DNA of 64,000 nucleotides from Phoronis australis (Eukaryota > Animalia > Phoronida): NCBI GenBank assembly GCA_002633005.1, contig NMRA01000940.1, forward strand, positions 1 to 64,000. The letters run 5' to 3'. Below are positions 38,901 through 51,448 of this stretch, one piece after another. Both the position numbers and the translations under genes were made by a program. The notes beneath the pieces were generated by a model. It saw nothing but the letters and a program-made list of their open reading frames with translations, searched no databases and was not told where the DNA came from. The number at the start of each line of letters is the position of its first letter. Positions within the stretch are counted from its first letter, which is position 1.

Positions 38901-41900
38901 GTCAGGCCCATTCAAACAAGTGTTCTAGTCTGTTTTTGGCAAAATAGAAAGTCACTTACTATCTTAAAAATGGGTCTACAAAGCAAAGTCTTTCGTTACC
39001 ATAGGAGGCACACTTTGAACTGCCTGAACTGTCTTTCAGTCAACAAGGCAAAGGCACTACCAACATTTTCTGAAAGGCACACCACCTAGAAGGTGTAACA
39101 GGGGGACAAGGGTATTGCACTTTCAGATGCTACTGCTGGAGAGATGATTGATCCTGACAATAACCACACTGTGTATAATAAGAAGAAAACATCACAGTCA
39201 CACAACCACTAGTTGAGTGCGATTCCCCTCAAGTGTCTGTACAATTATACATGACCCAAACGTAATTGGACATTTGTTCAGTTGTAGAAACAAATTCATT
39301 TTACACAAAAAAATTTCATCTTCCTGCCGTGTCATCTCTGATGCAATTTAAGAATGGTTTTTAAACTCAACTTTTTTCTAGAATCTATGCAACTATTAAG
39401 TAGTTGACTGCATATATGAGGGAGTACACCAGCTATTTACTCCTTACTTACAGTTCAGAGGTCGGTTGCTCATTGGGATGCATGATTCCAATTTCTTGCA
39501 CTTCGTGAACTAACTTCAGGTTAGCACTTTTGATTTTATCACCTGCAACAGTAAAGATGTGTCTTTGGTGGACTCCAATTCTGCCCTTACACATTAAGTG
39601 AATCAGAGTTTGGAAACATTTGGGGTATTCACCTATTTCACGAAAGCGCCATCTTCCCGCGCCATCTTTAAATACTGATCGAAAACGAGGCACACTGATA
39701 AAACCTTGTGAGTGATCATCAGCTGGCCATGGTGTACTGTGCAGTGCCTGAACGTACCAATTCCAGTAATATCTCGTCGGTATCCTTCCCAGGGATATAC
39801 TTAGCCACTCGCCCAGTCGCCAATGCGAGTTAAAATGGTGCTGGGTGAGTAGAAGTTGACTTGCCGGTCGCCCGGTGGCGAGCGAATCATGTTCAGAGCG
39901 CAAAAGCACTACATATCGTTTCCCAGATGAATACGAATAATTTTCCTCCTCCTTGTGCTGTTTTTATCATGAATTTAAGGTTCAGTTTGGTCATCGTGTC
40001 GATGCTCCGACAGTAAAAACCATCGGCGCAGTGCGACCCTACCGATTCAGTACATGTCACCCGTTACGCGATCAGTGTGTGGTCGTGCACAAAGACTTTG
40101 TGGACTAGTCCGAAACGAAGAAAAGGGGAGAAAGGTGGAAGACCGGTCCATGTGCTCATAGCAAATAAAATACCATATTTCTTGGAACTGATTTCTTATT
40201 GTAATGTACAATGTCCTTTTAGCCAAAATTATTTTTACAACATTCGTTCTAATAAGCGCCCATGCCCCTATAAGCGTCCCCACTCGTTTTCAGACTTCGC
40301 TAAAATAAGCGCCCAGTCCATGAATGTGTATATATCAGTGCGAAAAATGTCTTACCTCACAGTTCTAAAATTCAACAGTAAATTTATTCAATTTATCAAT
40401 AATATCCGACAATGAGTTCTGAAAAATCATTGTACGCGTAACTTCTAGTAGACCACGAGCCTCGCCGCTATGTCGGTATTTAGCCGTGGCTGTACAAGGC
40501 TTCAAACCATTCCGCAGTGCTTCAAAAAGAACGCAAAAGATTTGCTGATCTTGCGAGGAAAGTGTCACACTACATGGTCTGGCCCTGATCAGATTGAACA
40601 GACGCAGTAGTACTCAGGTCAACGTGATTGGTATTGTATCTTTCCCGTACAGATCTTCTCCCACAACAGGAATCCAGATTGTTTTGTACGCGAAAAATTA
40701 TAAAAACCGCGAATCGAAACTTGGCCAAGAAGCGCGCGCTAGGGCCCACATATAACATGTGGGCCGGCTCAATGAGATAAATATACTACATTATACAGCT
40801 CATTGGGCCTGCTACTCTGGCAAATGAACACTGATGACAAGCACGCGCTCGCTCACTCGGCGCACACCAGCTGATTCACTTCAATACAAGTGTCACGTGA
40901 CAACAACATAATTATGTGTTCGTCCAGATTTTTCTCATTGCGGGGTGCGATCTAGCCGTGCGGCAGATTTTGACTTAATCTGCGGTTAATCCCGACTCCG
41001 AGTCCACAGGAACTTAAGAATCTTAGGAAAGGCTATTTGGGAGGATTTCAGGTAATTTGAGTCGAAACTATTTTTACTCAAGAATTCAAGTTGTCCTATC
41101 GACGATCGCGAAGCAGCGACGCATCAGTCGGCAAGTTTTCGCCCTGGGATTTAAGCATATTTTTTAAAAAGATCGTAATTTAACAACAGAGTTTGATAGC
41201 AATGCACCACAGCTTTGTAGCTAGTCTGTCATAGGTTACACATACGTCACAGCGCGTAAATTTGATGAATCCTAGCTTCCGATTTCACCCGTTTCGGAGA
41301 CCAGGTTTTAACTGCCGTAGGCTACAAAAAGAGTCCCCCTGGGCGCTTATTAGAGCGAATACGGTAGCCCTAATAGATGGTGACATCAGTGCACGACACG
41401 ATGATTTTTATTTAAATTAGCAGCAAGTTTGTGGTGACTGGCGCCAACGGTCGGGTGACCGAACTTCGGGCTTGGCGAGTAGATTTTCTGGCTCCGGCAC
41501 TCGCCCAGCTGGCGAGCAGGGTTTTTCAAGACTAAAAGCCTGGGTATATCCCTGACTTCCACACTTTTTCAAAAGAGGGAAAACTACTAAGGAATGGCTG
41601 AGGAGGGTAAAAGTCTAGTTGCCGTAAGTATTGGTATGTTTTTTGGAGATCGATTCAACATCAGACAACTTGATTTTTGGTAACGTTGATAAGTCTTTTG
41701 ACCACAACACCTTGCAGGACGATGCCATGTTTGTCAAGGCGCCTCGTTTTCGATCAACACGACAGCAGCGCCCCGCGTTCGTGAAAGAGGTGAATTGGAA
41801 CCAACCATCAAACAAGGTTGAGAACGTGGGCCTTAAAATGCCCTTGTCTGCACTGTCCAGTAATTAAGAGTTCCTCAACAGTATGTGACACTGACAAGAA

Positions 41901-44900
41901 TGTGAATGGCAAAATGTCACTACCACTGTCTTTAACATGCAATACTTGAGAGTGACGAAGCAGATCTACAGTAATTGTAAAAGCGTTCCAAGAAAAATAG
42001 AGTCGGTGAGATACACAAACATCTCGCACATTAGGCACTACTAATCTCCAACTAAATAAACCGTACTAACTATAATTTTAAGTCAACATCTGAAATACCC
42101 ATTATAGATGAAGTACAACACCACTGACCTTTTCTTAGCTGTCCGTCCATAACAGCAATATTAGCGACTGCGCCTCTGTATGTATCGTACCACGAGTCAA
42201 ATATGAGAGCTTTGAATGGAGCAGCGGCGTCAGCAGTGGGTCTGGAATAGCATTCACACATTTTTCAGATGAAAATATCATTCAGATGGTCCAAGGCACC
42301 TTTGGCCTCTTTTAAAGCAGTTGGTCTCATGCAGGTTGCCTGCCGTTCAACTGGGCCCATTGCACAAAACACCGAGCATTGAAGCTAGTGACCTGCTTCA
42401 GGTGTCTAGCAGTTATGTTCAATTGGATTCAAACCTACCACCTAATGAACAGAAAGTAGATGCACAACCCACAAGGCCATTCTGCCTTATCTTAAGGCAG
42501 TCCCTACTACAATAAGCTCCATTTTCTGTATAAAATCTATAATGTGCTTGTCCCAAATCAACCATAGCTGCTTAACTTGTCTCTCTCCTGCGTGTAACAC
42601 GGTTGTACCAGCTTACAATACCTTAATACTGTGATATTTTTAGTGGTGGCAAAAGTAAGTTTGCATCAAAGTAAAAAACAAATGGTGTTTTTGATGTGTT
42701 CAAATTAAATTTTAAAGAAGAAACACAAAATTGCAGTGTGATTTCCTTTGCAACTCTTGGATTAGACTGCCATGGCAACACCTCTCAAGAGAAGGGTTCA
42801 AGAAATGAAGTGTCAGCAATTGGTTGCCCTGTTAAGATCAACTCGTCAACAAGTGGAGTTTTCATTACAGGCCACACTCACGCTGTAGAAGCGTGAACCA
42901 ACTACGCGACTAGAGGTGCCAATGAGTGCCCGGCCACCTAGTGAGAATTCAGACATTGCAGTTGGAGAACAATCAATGGGAAGGCTAAGTGGAGAATCAG
43001 AATTTCAACAGACTAGACATTCCTTCCTGGAAAAGTGACCGCGATCACTTACGGAGGTATTCTTTCCACAACAGCCTGAAGTAAGCCCTCTACACCACTT
43101 CCTAATTTGGCAGAGATCTGAAAGCATCCAATGAACAAATTAATGAAGACTGATGGGCAAAGGCAGTTTACACATTATGTAATGAATTCTATGCAGTACA
43201 CCCAAATGCACATTTCAAGGATTGGTGTAAAATAATAATAAATTAATCCAAAAACAGTGCTGACCCACGATACTCAAACCATGCACAGCTCTAATGTTCG
43301 CACGGCACAAAAACCATTATCTATTACACAGATAATTCTTAAAACTCAAACAAAATACATTTAATGAAGATAGCCTGGCTTCAAAAACAGACCAACTCGC
43401 AAAGCCTAATCTCTTAGAAATAGTCTATCAACTAAAAGATTTCTTTGAAAGCTAACTGTACAATGTTGTTTGTATCATCGAAATGGCCACTATATGGCAC
43501 AAAATATGTCGAATCCATCTGAAAACCAGATAATGTCACTGTTTCTTTAAAAGAAAGCCATTTAGAACAATAAAAATGGCCACTAAGTAGCGCAAACAAT
43601 GAATCCATCCAAAAACGAGAGGATAGCGTCATCTCACTAATAGATGTCTATGTGCCAAATTTTATGGAAATCCGTTGAGGACCTTTGAAGATACAGAGGT
43701 AAATGTAAAAAACTAAAACTGCCACTAGGGGGCACACCGGTAAACCGATCTGTTCGAAAGTCGTCATCGTCTGCTGTCAACTTCATATAAATACATTTTC
43801 TAAATTTAATAAAGATCCTGTAGAACGTGTTGGAGATACATGGGCGCAAAAACAAACAAAACTGCCAATAGAAGGCGCTACTGTAGTCGAAGTCATCTGA
43901 AAATCATCGTCAACTGTCTTCCTCATAGTAAGAATACCCATGCCAATTTTCACAATCATCCTTAAAGTGATTTGGTTGTTAGAGGAGTGGACGCCAAAAA
44001 AAAAAACGACTCGAAAACTGTAAAAACCGCCACAAGATCGTGCAAAATGCCTCGAATCCATTCGAAAACGAATGGGTAGCGTCAACTCATTAAAAGATTT
44101 CTATGTGCCAAATTTCACTAAAAATCAGTTGAGGACCTTTTAAGATACAGAGACAAACATAAAAAAACTAAAATTGCCACTAGGGGGCACAGTGGTAATC
44201 GGGTTGGTCCGAAACTCGTCGCCATCTGTCGTCAACCCCATAGAAACACACTTGCCAAACTTCAATAAGATCCTGCAAGGGGTTTAGGAGATACAGCCCG
44301 GACACTCGGACACCCAGACAGAGATGATGTCAATATGCCACCTTATAAATATGTGGGCGCATAAAAAATTCAGTTACACATCGAGAGCAATACCTTTAAA
44401 ACCTCGGAACCAGGAATGTCAAACACATTTTCAATTTGCTCAATGACGTCGTCTGGCTTTGCACCCTTCAGGTCAATTTTATTCAGTACAGGAACAATCG
44501 CAAGTTCAGCTTCAAATGCAAGATAGAAGTTGGCAATGGTCTGAGCTTGAATACCCTGCAAAGTAAATATCCAGTTTTTATGTTGTACCACAAGTTTGCT
44601 GCATGGAGATCCTCCACAATGAGATATATAAGACACACCAAACTAAATATTCTGTTGTAGGAGCTATTGGTAATATAGACGGGGAATTTAATTTGAATTC
44701 TAGAAAATACAGATTTCTACACACCAAAAGTTTTGATTTATTCATTTCTAACTTTTCTTCTCAAATAAACAAGAGTTCTGTGCTAGAGTCGATAAAAACA
44801 TTGCTTATAGCTACGTAACGTTAACGGTTAGCTTAACACTTACATTGTAGAAAACTAATGTGGTCAGCTGATACTGAGGATTTCTGATGCTGCCCATTAT

Positions 44901-47900
44901 TTCTTACATAAAGAATTGCGAAAATCTTAACTTTCAAAGAATTGATTGCCTTACTTTCAGTAATGGAAACTTAGATAGCCATCTAAACTCACGACTTTGC
45001 TAGTGTTATTGACCCTATTTATTTTGTTTTTCAGTAATAATTTTGACTGATCGGGCCAAACACAGAATGATGGATAGTAGACGTCTGTCACCCACCTGAT
45101 TGGCATCCACCAGTAATATCACACCCTGACAAGCTGCCAGCGACCGAGACACTTCATAGTTGAAGTCAACGTGACCCTGAAAAGTAACAGTCAGAAAACA
45201 ACAACTTATTATAAGTTAATATGACAGTCAAGCACTAGTGTTCTGGGACTTCCAAAGAGTGTTGCACAGTAAAAACCAAAAGTTTACAGACAAAATGACC
45301 TGAAATTCGCTGTCATGACAGCTGGGCGTAAGCAGAATTTATCATCAGAGTACTCATCCCTCGTGATTGAGAATGAAGCGGAATAAACAAAGAACTTAGT
45401 AAGGGGGCTAAACCACTCTGCAATTAGAATTTTGCCCACATAATATTTCTAAAAAAGCTATCTTCTATGTTAATTAACAAAATTAGAAACCAAGATGGGG
45501 AGACGGTACTTTTGTCTGGTTAGTTTTTAGTCTTGCACAATACATGTATTTACAGAAAGGCCAAACGTAACCAGACTAGAAACGACTGGTTCCCTTTTAT
45601 GACAGTCGAACGCAAGTGGAGTTTGTCATTATAGCAGTTGAATGCAAAATGGGGAATTCAATTGAAAAGTAACAAAAGGTAGAAAGGTTATTCATCATAC
45701 CTATAGTTAAGCATGTAAACAAATTCATTACCTACTTATTAGATGGAGCATGTTATGAACAAAAACGTAAGATACAGACACACACATCTAATTAGGTCAC
45801 TCGTCACCATGCTGCAACATGTGACTTGTGTTTGTCAGGAGCGTTAATGAAAAGTAAGATTTTAGTGTGGCCAAGCACTTAAAATACACAGCCACAAATT
45901 TTCACGAGCACAGATTTCTTACATCCAGGCAATGATTCTATGAAACGTATTTTGCAAATGAGATATTTATCACAATCATGTGACTGACTTTCGTGTCAGA
46001 AGGTGTCACTACTAGTTGAAACCTAAAGTTGTAACCACATATGGCATGTACTATATGAAAAACAAGATTTTACAACATGTGACAAAATAAAAAATGAACT
46101 TATGTGTACATGATTGGTTCTAAAATTATCAGCTCTGCAAATCAAGACAACAGTCTAAACCAACGGACTTTAAAAGAACAAAAGTCTTCATCTAATGTAT
46201 TTAAAATCTCGGGAACACATACAGGAGTGTCAATCAGATTCAGCAAGTAGGTTTCTCCATCGTACTCATAAAACAGTGAGGCAGTCTGGGCTTTAACTGT
46301 GATGCCACGTTCTCTTTCAACTTGCAGTTTGTCAAGGACTTGTTGATTGGCCGAACTGCTATCGATTACACCTTAAAATTGCAAATTCTGTTCTAAGTCA
46401 ATAAGACCATTACACAATATAAAACAATGAATTAGATGCATCGATTCCTTCCACGTTATATTCTTAAATTAAGGACACTGTATATGGAATACCTTTTGTC
46501 AAATCAAATTTCTCAACAAAAACAAAGTTATAGAACTTTACGAGACACGATTTATGCTGCACAATGGACATCAAACAACATTTTGTTAAAATTTCAAGGT
46601 GCAGCAGCTGTACCTTAACACTCCTGAAAAAAAACAGTAAATGGGCATCTTATCCCTCATTAACAATGCATGCCAAGAAATCAGACAGAATTCTGCTTTC
46701 TCATCATTACAGAATGTCACACTGCCAAAACTAATCATTCCATTCACTCAGATGAGTGGATACCACTTGCACTCAGCCATCATGGCAGGGAAGTCTGCTT
46801 GAGGTAAGACGTCATGAGAGGGAACTTTTGAGTCATTTTGTCCGATTATGGCGCGTACTGTTAGTCTAAAGATGAAGAATCTTTTCTTTATAGTTTGCAA
46901 CACAGAAATATGAATGACTGACAGAAAACTCACGTGACTACCCGAATGCGTGCATTTCTACAGTTAGGACTGGTGCTGCGCTAGTGCCACCTAGTAAAAT
47001 TCACCCATTGCTGAGAACAAACACAAATCCTGCACACATACCTGTGAGCTCTAACAATCGGTCAGCGAGAGTACTTTTACCGTGATCTACATGGGCTATG
47101 ATACTGAAGTTTCGGATATTCTTCGCAGGAAACACCGTCATGTTCAGTTTATCCTGAAAAGTCATCAATCAACAGATCAAATCAATAACGAACACAAAAT
47201 GGAGGAGGGCCAAGTTTCCCTGAGCAGCAAATGCCGAGTATTTGACAGTGCAGGTTTTGCTGAGAATGGTATTGGTTAATCAACAAAATTATATTTAAAC
47301 AACTTTGATTTTGGCCCTTACATCATTATCTCATTTCTAGTCTGGTCTTCGTGGACATTACAATATACGAATCACGACAAAAAGTCAATTACAATGCATG
47401 GAAAAATCATACATACGCATGCTACTGCAATGTTGAATTACACCACAACACTTTCAAGCAGTTTTACACCGAGTCTCTTAAGCCTGCAGAAGAAGCACAA
47501 GGACTACAAAATTTGTGCTCCAAGCATCTTTGCATTAACAAAAGAATGCCTAGGTCAGTGAACATATAATTCAAGGTACCTTATCTTTGTCTGTGATTGG
47601 TATGCTAGAAGGCTTTGATTCAGAAGCATAATGCCGTCTTGAAACATTGTTGAGTAGCTGCCTCCTGAAAATTTTAAAATAGCATAAAATGACACACAGG
47701 TAAAGCATTTATTAAGTATATAGTTACCCATTTGATTACACACACACCTCATTAGCATATAATTATGTTCAACATTAAAAAGATAAATTTTCTGTGACGC
47801 ACGCTGTTCTTCAATAAAAATTTTATTGTTGAAGAATAAGTAATCTTTATACCCGAATATTAGCCTCAAATGGCACATACAGCCGTGTAAAAACCCATTT

Positions 47901-49019
47901 AGTTATCTCACTAGTGAGATTTTGGCGGGAAACCGAGGGCGGTTTCGAACCCGGGCATCAAGAGTTTTGGTTGCCGACTTTACCACTACACCACACAGTG
48001 GCTGACATCATTGAGTGTGAAAACAGAATACTTAAATGAGCACGCGCAACAATCGCATGTTCAACAAAGGGCATTGTACTGACATTTAAATGCTATGAAA
48101 AATAAGACGCATAATTTCCATAAAAACGATATCTTAATTCAGTGAAATTTTTCTCTCGTGTTCTCCTACTTGTAAATCACAGATCTCCAATTTGAATGTG
48201 GTTATTGTGTCGCCGGGATCCATTGACTTGAGAATTATACTCAGTTACCTGTGGTAACCTACTTTATCAGACAATAGTTTCCAGGTCGAAGCTTAGAGTA
48301 ACAAACTGTGTTTTAAGCTATAATACTTCGCAAACCTTAATTTGTTAGTTCACTTTATTTCTATTTTGTTTAAATTTTCAATTGGTTTTGAGTAAAAGCA
48401 TTATTTGACAAAAATAGCTCGGCTTTTAATGCCCCTTGGGCGAGAATCCTACAAAATTCACGAGGGCTCTAGATAATGGCGGATAACAACTTCGCCTTGT
48501 AATAATCTATATTCATACGACAGTTAATCATGAAATCTGGAATTACTGTTAGAAATGCTCAAAGTTTTGAACTATTTGACATAATTTCCACTCTTTGCGA
48601 GCACATGAATCTGCAGACAATACGTCAAGAATGCATTCCAACTAAGTTTAATTCTAAAATAACACATTCTATTTGTAATTCAAAGCACACACCATTGTGC
48701 ACATCTATCAATAAAACAATCAGTATAATTAACTCATTTAACCAAACACGGAGATGATAACAACTAGTGACCGCACAGCTCATAATACACAGATACATAA
48801 CAGATATCATTGCAGGACACAACACATAAATATGGAGTTGGCCTTGGACGAAGGTCAACACAAATGTCATTTTCAAACTAGCACACGATTGTCAGGGTTA
48901 CTCATATCGCCTCATCCCTCAAAACCCGCCTAAATCTTTCCACATATAAAACAGCTATGCCGAAAACCACCTCAAGTACATCACAAAACTTACCACACAA
49001 AATACCGTTTCCCCGGCAT
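32962..49019 (-). CDS. GUF1: Mitochondrial translation factor GUF1 (EF4/LepA GTPase), 18 coding exons, ~647 aa
   Basis: Exons 49019-48994, 47664-47580, 47153-47042, 46371-46223, 45176-45096, 44555-44394, 43117-43053, 42241-42129, 39542-39452, 38749-38620, 38155-38046, 37040-36913, 36642-36572, 35669-35568, 35305-35172, 34425-34380, 33499-33287, 33087-32962 (1944 nt, phases consistent). Motifs [56 protein letters not shown] and [10 protein letters not shown]. The first two exons give the presequence-like [23 protein letters not shown] (lower confidence). Confidence 0.95.
37965..38024. repeat. 2 x 30-bp tandem repeat in GUF1 intron 11, similar to the end of exon 11
   Basis: GCCCTGGCTGACAGTGA(C/T)ACACAAGT occurs twice. 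Compare the exonic CCTGGCTAACCGTGACACTCGAGTCA at ~38053-38078. Confidence 0.8.
39790..41554. mobile_element. hAT-like non-autonomous element (CAGGGATATAC termini) carrying a nested MITE
   Basis: CAGGGATATAC (39790) and GTATATCCCTG (41544-41554); subterminal CTCGCC/GGCGAG repeats at both ends; flanks CCTTCC/ACTTCC (6-bp TSD with one mismatch). Confidence 0.7.
40238..41364. mobile_element. pogo/Tc1-mariner-type MITE (~1.13 kb) with TA TSD
   Basis: TA|CAACATTCGTTCTAATAAGCGCCC versus GGGCGCTTATTAGAGCGAATACGG|TA. The internal part recurs at 930-1410. Confidence 0.8.
41615..41832 (-). mobile_element. Possible truncated terminal fragment of a Kolobok/ISL2EU-type element
   Basis: The minus strand starts TTAA|GGCCCACGTTCTC. 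An ATG at 41728 gives [27 protein letters not shown], resembling the W..DL..LP.I...D(I/V) N-terminus of transposon SWIM/YqaJ exonuclease proteins. The fragment is short, so this is recognition only. Confidence 0.35.
43430..44368 (+). mobile_element. Helentron-associated (HINE/DINE-1-like) element with internal ~140-165-bp tandem repeats, in GUF1 intron 6
   Basis: Diverged units share ATGTGCCAAATTT, GAGGACCTTT.AAGATACAG and AAAACTGCCACTAGGGGGCAC, with a higher-order ~450-bp period (43580~44030, 43722~44177). The 3' end has a CGGACA/CAGACA microsatellite-like tract, an imperfect hairpin ATGCCAC...GTGGGCGCAT, and then AAAAAA. Confidence 0.65.
47924..48000 (-). mobile_element. tRNA-derived SINE head (Pol III A/B boxes)
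   Basis: Minus strand has A box TGGTGTAGTGG (47983-47993) and B box GGTTCGAAACC (47941-47951). No intact cloverleaf. Confidence 0.6.
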
Positions 49020-49459
49020 GACAGCTACATTCTATCAACAGAAAAACTAACTAGTAATACAGAAAGGCTTTGCCATAATATTAACTTTCATTCTCAGTCA
49101 TAACGGAACGCTGCTCTGAAGATAAGTTCAGCTTCCGGTCAGCCGTCATGGCAAGGAATTGCAGGTCATTTTGTCTGAACATTTTTGGCATGTACTGTAG
49201 CTTGACAATAACTTAGGAACCAATTTTGCTCAAAACACAAAAAGTACTGTCTGGGGTTCACCTAAGAGGCCAGTCACCCAGGAGGAGTGTCAGCATATTG
49301 TCTTAGCCAGTAGTGTACGTAGGTTGGTGGGTTAAAATTGTCAAAAAGAACAATTGTCATGGACCAGTGTGCACTATACACGATAGCTACTGGACACCAC
49401 CTGGTAATGTTGCGTTGACCAAACAAAATAATGCCACTTACAACAAGTTTTTTGATAAA

Positions 49460-49819
49460 TAGACGCTGAGGTTGGCCAGTAATGAAGTATATCAAATAAA
49501 CACTGTTTACAGCCAACTGTTAAGTCACACATCCCATGAGTGGTGTTTCGCCTTTTTCACATGAGATTTGGACAATTATATGTACACAATCAGCAACTTA
49601 CCAATACGTGTTAACTAGATATAGTAAATATATAGACAGTGAGGTTGGCCAGTAATGAAATATATCAAACAAACACAGAAAAATCAGGAACCCCAACTGG
49701 AAATTGAACAACAGGTCTCTAGATTGCCGGTCTAGTGCTCTCACCACTGAGCTACTGAAGACCCGATATCTGTGCAATTACTGTTTACAGCCAACTGTTA
49801 AGTCACACATCACATGAGT
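49460..49819. repeat. Direct duplication of ~80 bp; the second copy contains a ~100-bp tRNA-like (SINE) segment
   Basis: TGAGGTTGGCCAGTAATGAA.TATATCAAA.AAACAC and ACTGTTTACAGCCAACTGTTAAGTCACACATC are contiguous at 49460-49541 but split at 49633-49819. The insert reads TAGCTCAGTGGTGAGAGCAC...GTTCAATT on the minus strand. Confidence 0.75.
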
Positions 49820-50753
49820 TTTTTGATAAAATGTTATTTCTTAGTTCTTACTTAAAGTGATCCATCTCCCATCACAAAAAGCAATTTTTGACTTAGATCA
49901 CTTTGTCTTCACCAGTATGAAATTGATCTCAAATTGTTGAATAGTCAACTGCAGATGATTTAGGGTTTTGAAAGAGTAGCAAGTTTGTTATTGACTTGCC
50001 ACAGTCTGCCATTTTATGTACTGACCATATTTACTACCAATAACAAACTGCAGGTTCTTTGCCACTCCAGAGCTCACTTTCCATCTGAGTAAGGCTGCAA
50101 CAAGTTGTAACCAATTTTAGAGTAACTGAGCAAGTGGTCTAAACTAAAAGAATTCACTTCTTGGACTGAACTTGGAACGTGGGATTATGGCTCCGCATAA
50201 AGACTTCCAGACATGACAAACAACAGTCCGATAAAGCCTCCCGAAGACGCTTTCGAAGTGGCAATTGCTTTTTAGCTGGGAACTCTGGCTGAAACGGCCT
50301 TGGTGTCGACAGAATTTTTAACATTTATTGCTTGTAAGACCTACAAGCCACCCCAGATGTATGTAATTGTTCTAAGTAGCAGACAGACAGTGTTCTGGCC
50401 CGGTAGTGGTGGAGCATCGCTGAGGACAAATTCCAAGACATGGGTGCAATTGGATGGGTGTTGCTGATCTTGGGCTAAGGGCAAATTCCAGGATGCTAAG
50501 AGTTGGTACCAGGACTAGGAGGGCAGCAGACATGCCTATTTCACAGAACAGCTGAAGGGGAGTGTTGTATCACTTGACTTTTGAGAAACATGCAACGATA
50601 AATCCTCTCCAAACTGCTTACCGAGCGGCAATTGCCTGTTAGCCAAACGATTTGGAGGGTCGCCTCTCACAATGGGAACCCATTCCTGGGCACAGCCTCC
50701 AGCCAATGGCAATTAGTCCATTCCACTCACCAGTCCAAGTCTCGCCTCCCGAC

Positions 50754-51221
50754 CCACAGGTGTCCTTAGCTTCTGATCGTCCCCAATACACTATATACGG
50801 TACGGCAACTGCCGATTTGTCACGGAGTGTCACGACATCGATAACTCCAAGACCATTCATAACCTTCCGTGATGAGCCAGCAATTGTTGTACATCCGTAA
50901 CTCGTCGGATAATTCCGTACCGTCCTTGACCTCGAACTGTCCAAGGAGGTTCGATGCACAGGCTTTTTGGGAACATTTTTGTGCTTTAACCGCAAATTTC
51001 TTGCAAACTCAGTGGAGCAGGATATCGTAAATGTTATTGGGAGACTAAAGAACAATTGCTCACGGTTTATTGAACCTTTGTTTTGTGTAAATTTATTGAG
51101 TTTTGTGTTTGTTATGGACGGCTGAAGTGAAGCACCCGTGGAATTTCTAGTACGAAGTGTCATACCTTGTAGTATTATATGTAGTATATTGGGGACGATC
51201 AGAAGCTGAGGACGCCTGTGG
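50754..51221. repeat. 35-bp inverted repeat pair enclosing ~400 bp
   Basis: CCACAGGTGTCCTTAGCTTCTGATCGTCCCCAATA (50754-50788) versus TATTGGGGACGATCAGAAGCTGAGGACGCCTGTGG (51187-51221), 2 mismatches. Confidence 0.8.
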
Positions 51222-51448
51222 CTGAGGACGCCTGTGCCCCGACCCAGCCAGACGACCAAGTCGACGGAATTTTAATATACCAATCACGGTGAAAGTCTAA
51301 GGCAATTTATTTGACAAAACGTTAGATTAATTGGTAGTGTGCATACCTGAGTCCTCTGTAAATACAATATGATAGTTCGGAGAAAATATAAGAACGTTCT
51401 ATAGAGTTTAAGGCACTTCTACAAAGCGGACAGACAATCTTCATTTTA

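Noticed and set aside
43430-44368. CRISPR-like array interpretation of the spaced repeats
   Set aside because: Eukaryotic intron, the 'spacers' are homologous to each other, the repeats are degenerate, and there are no cas genes.
46748-46866. Possible cassette/poison exon in GUF1 intron 3
   Set aside because: An acceptor-like site exists, but the flanking exons already join in phase with conserved sequence, and there is no other support.
47900-48515. Crypton-like non-autonomous element (ATCTCACTAGTGAGAT palindrome; TGTAATAATCTATA end)
   Set aside because: Motif resemblance only; the boundaries could not be defined.
47924-49762. Functional tRNA genes at 47924-48000 and 49687-49762
   Set aside because: A/B boxes are present, but I could not fold complete acceptor and anticodon stems; better explained as SINE heads.
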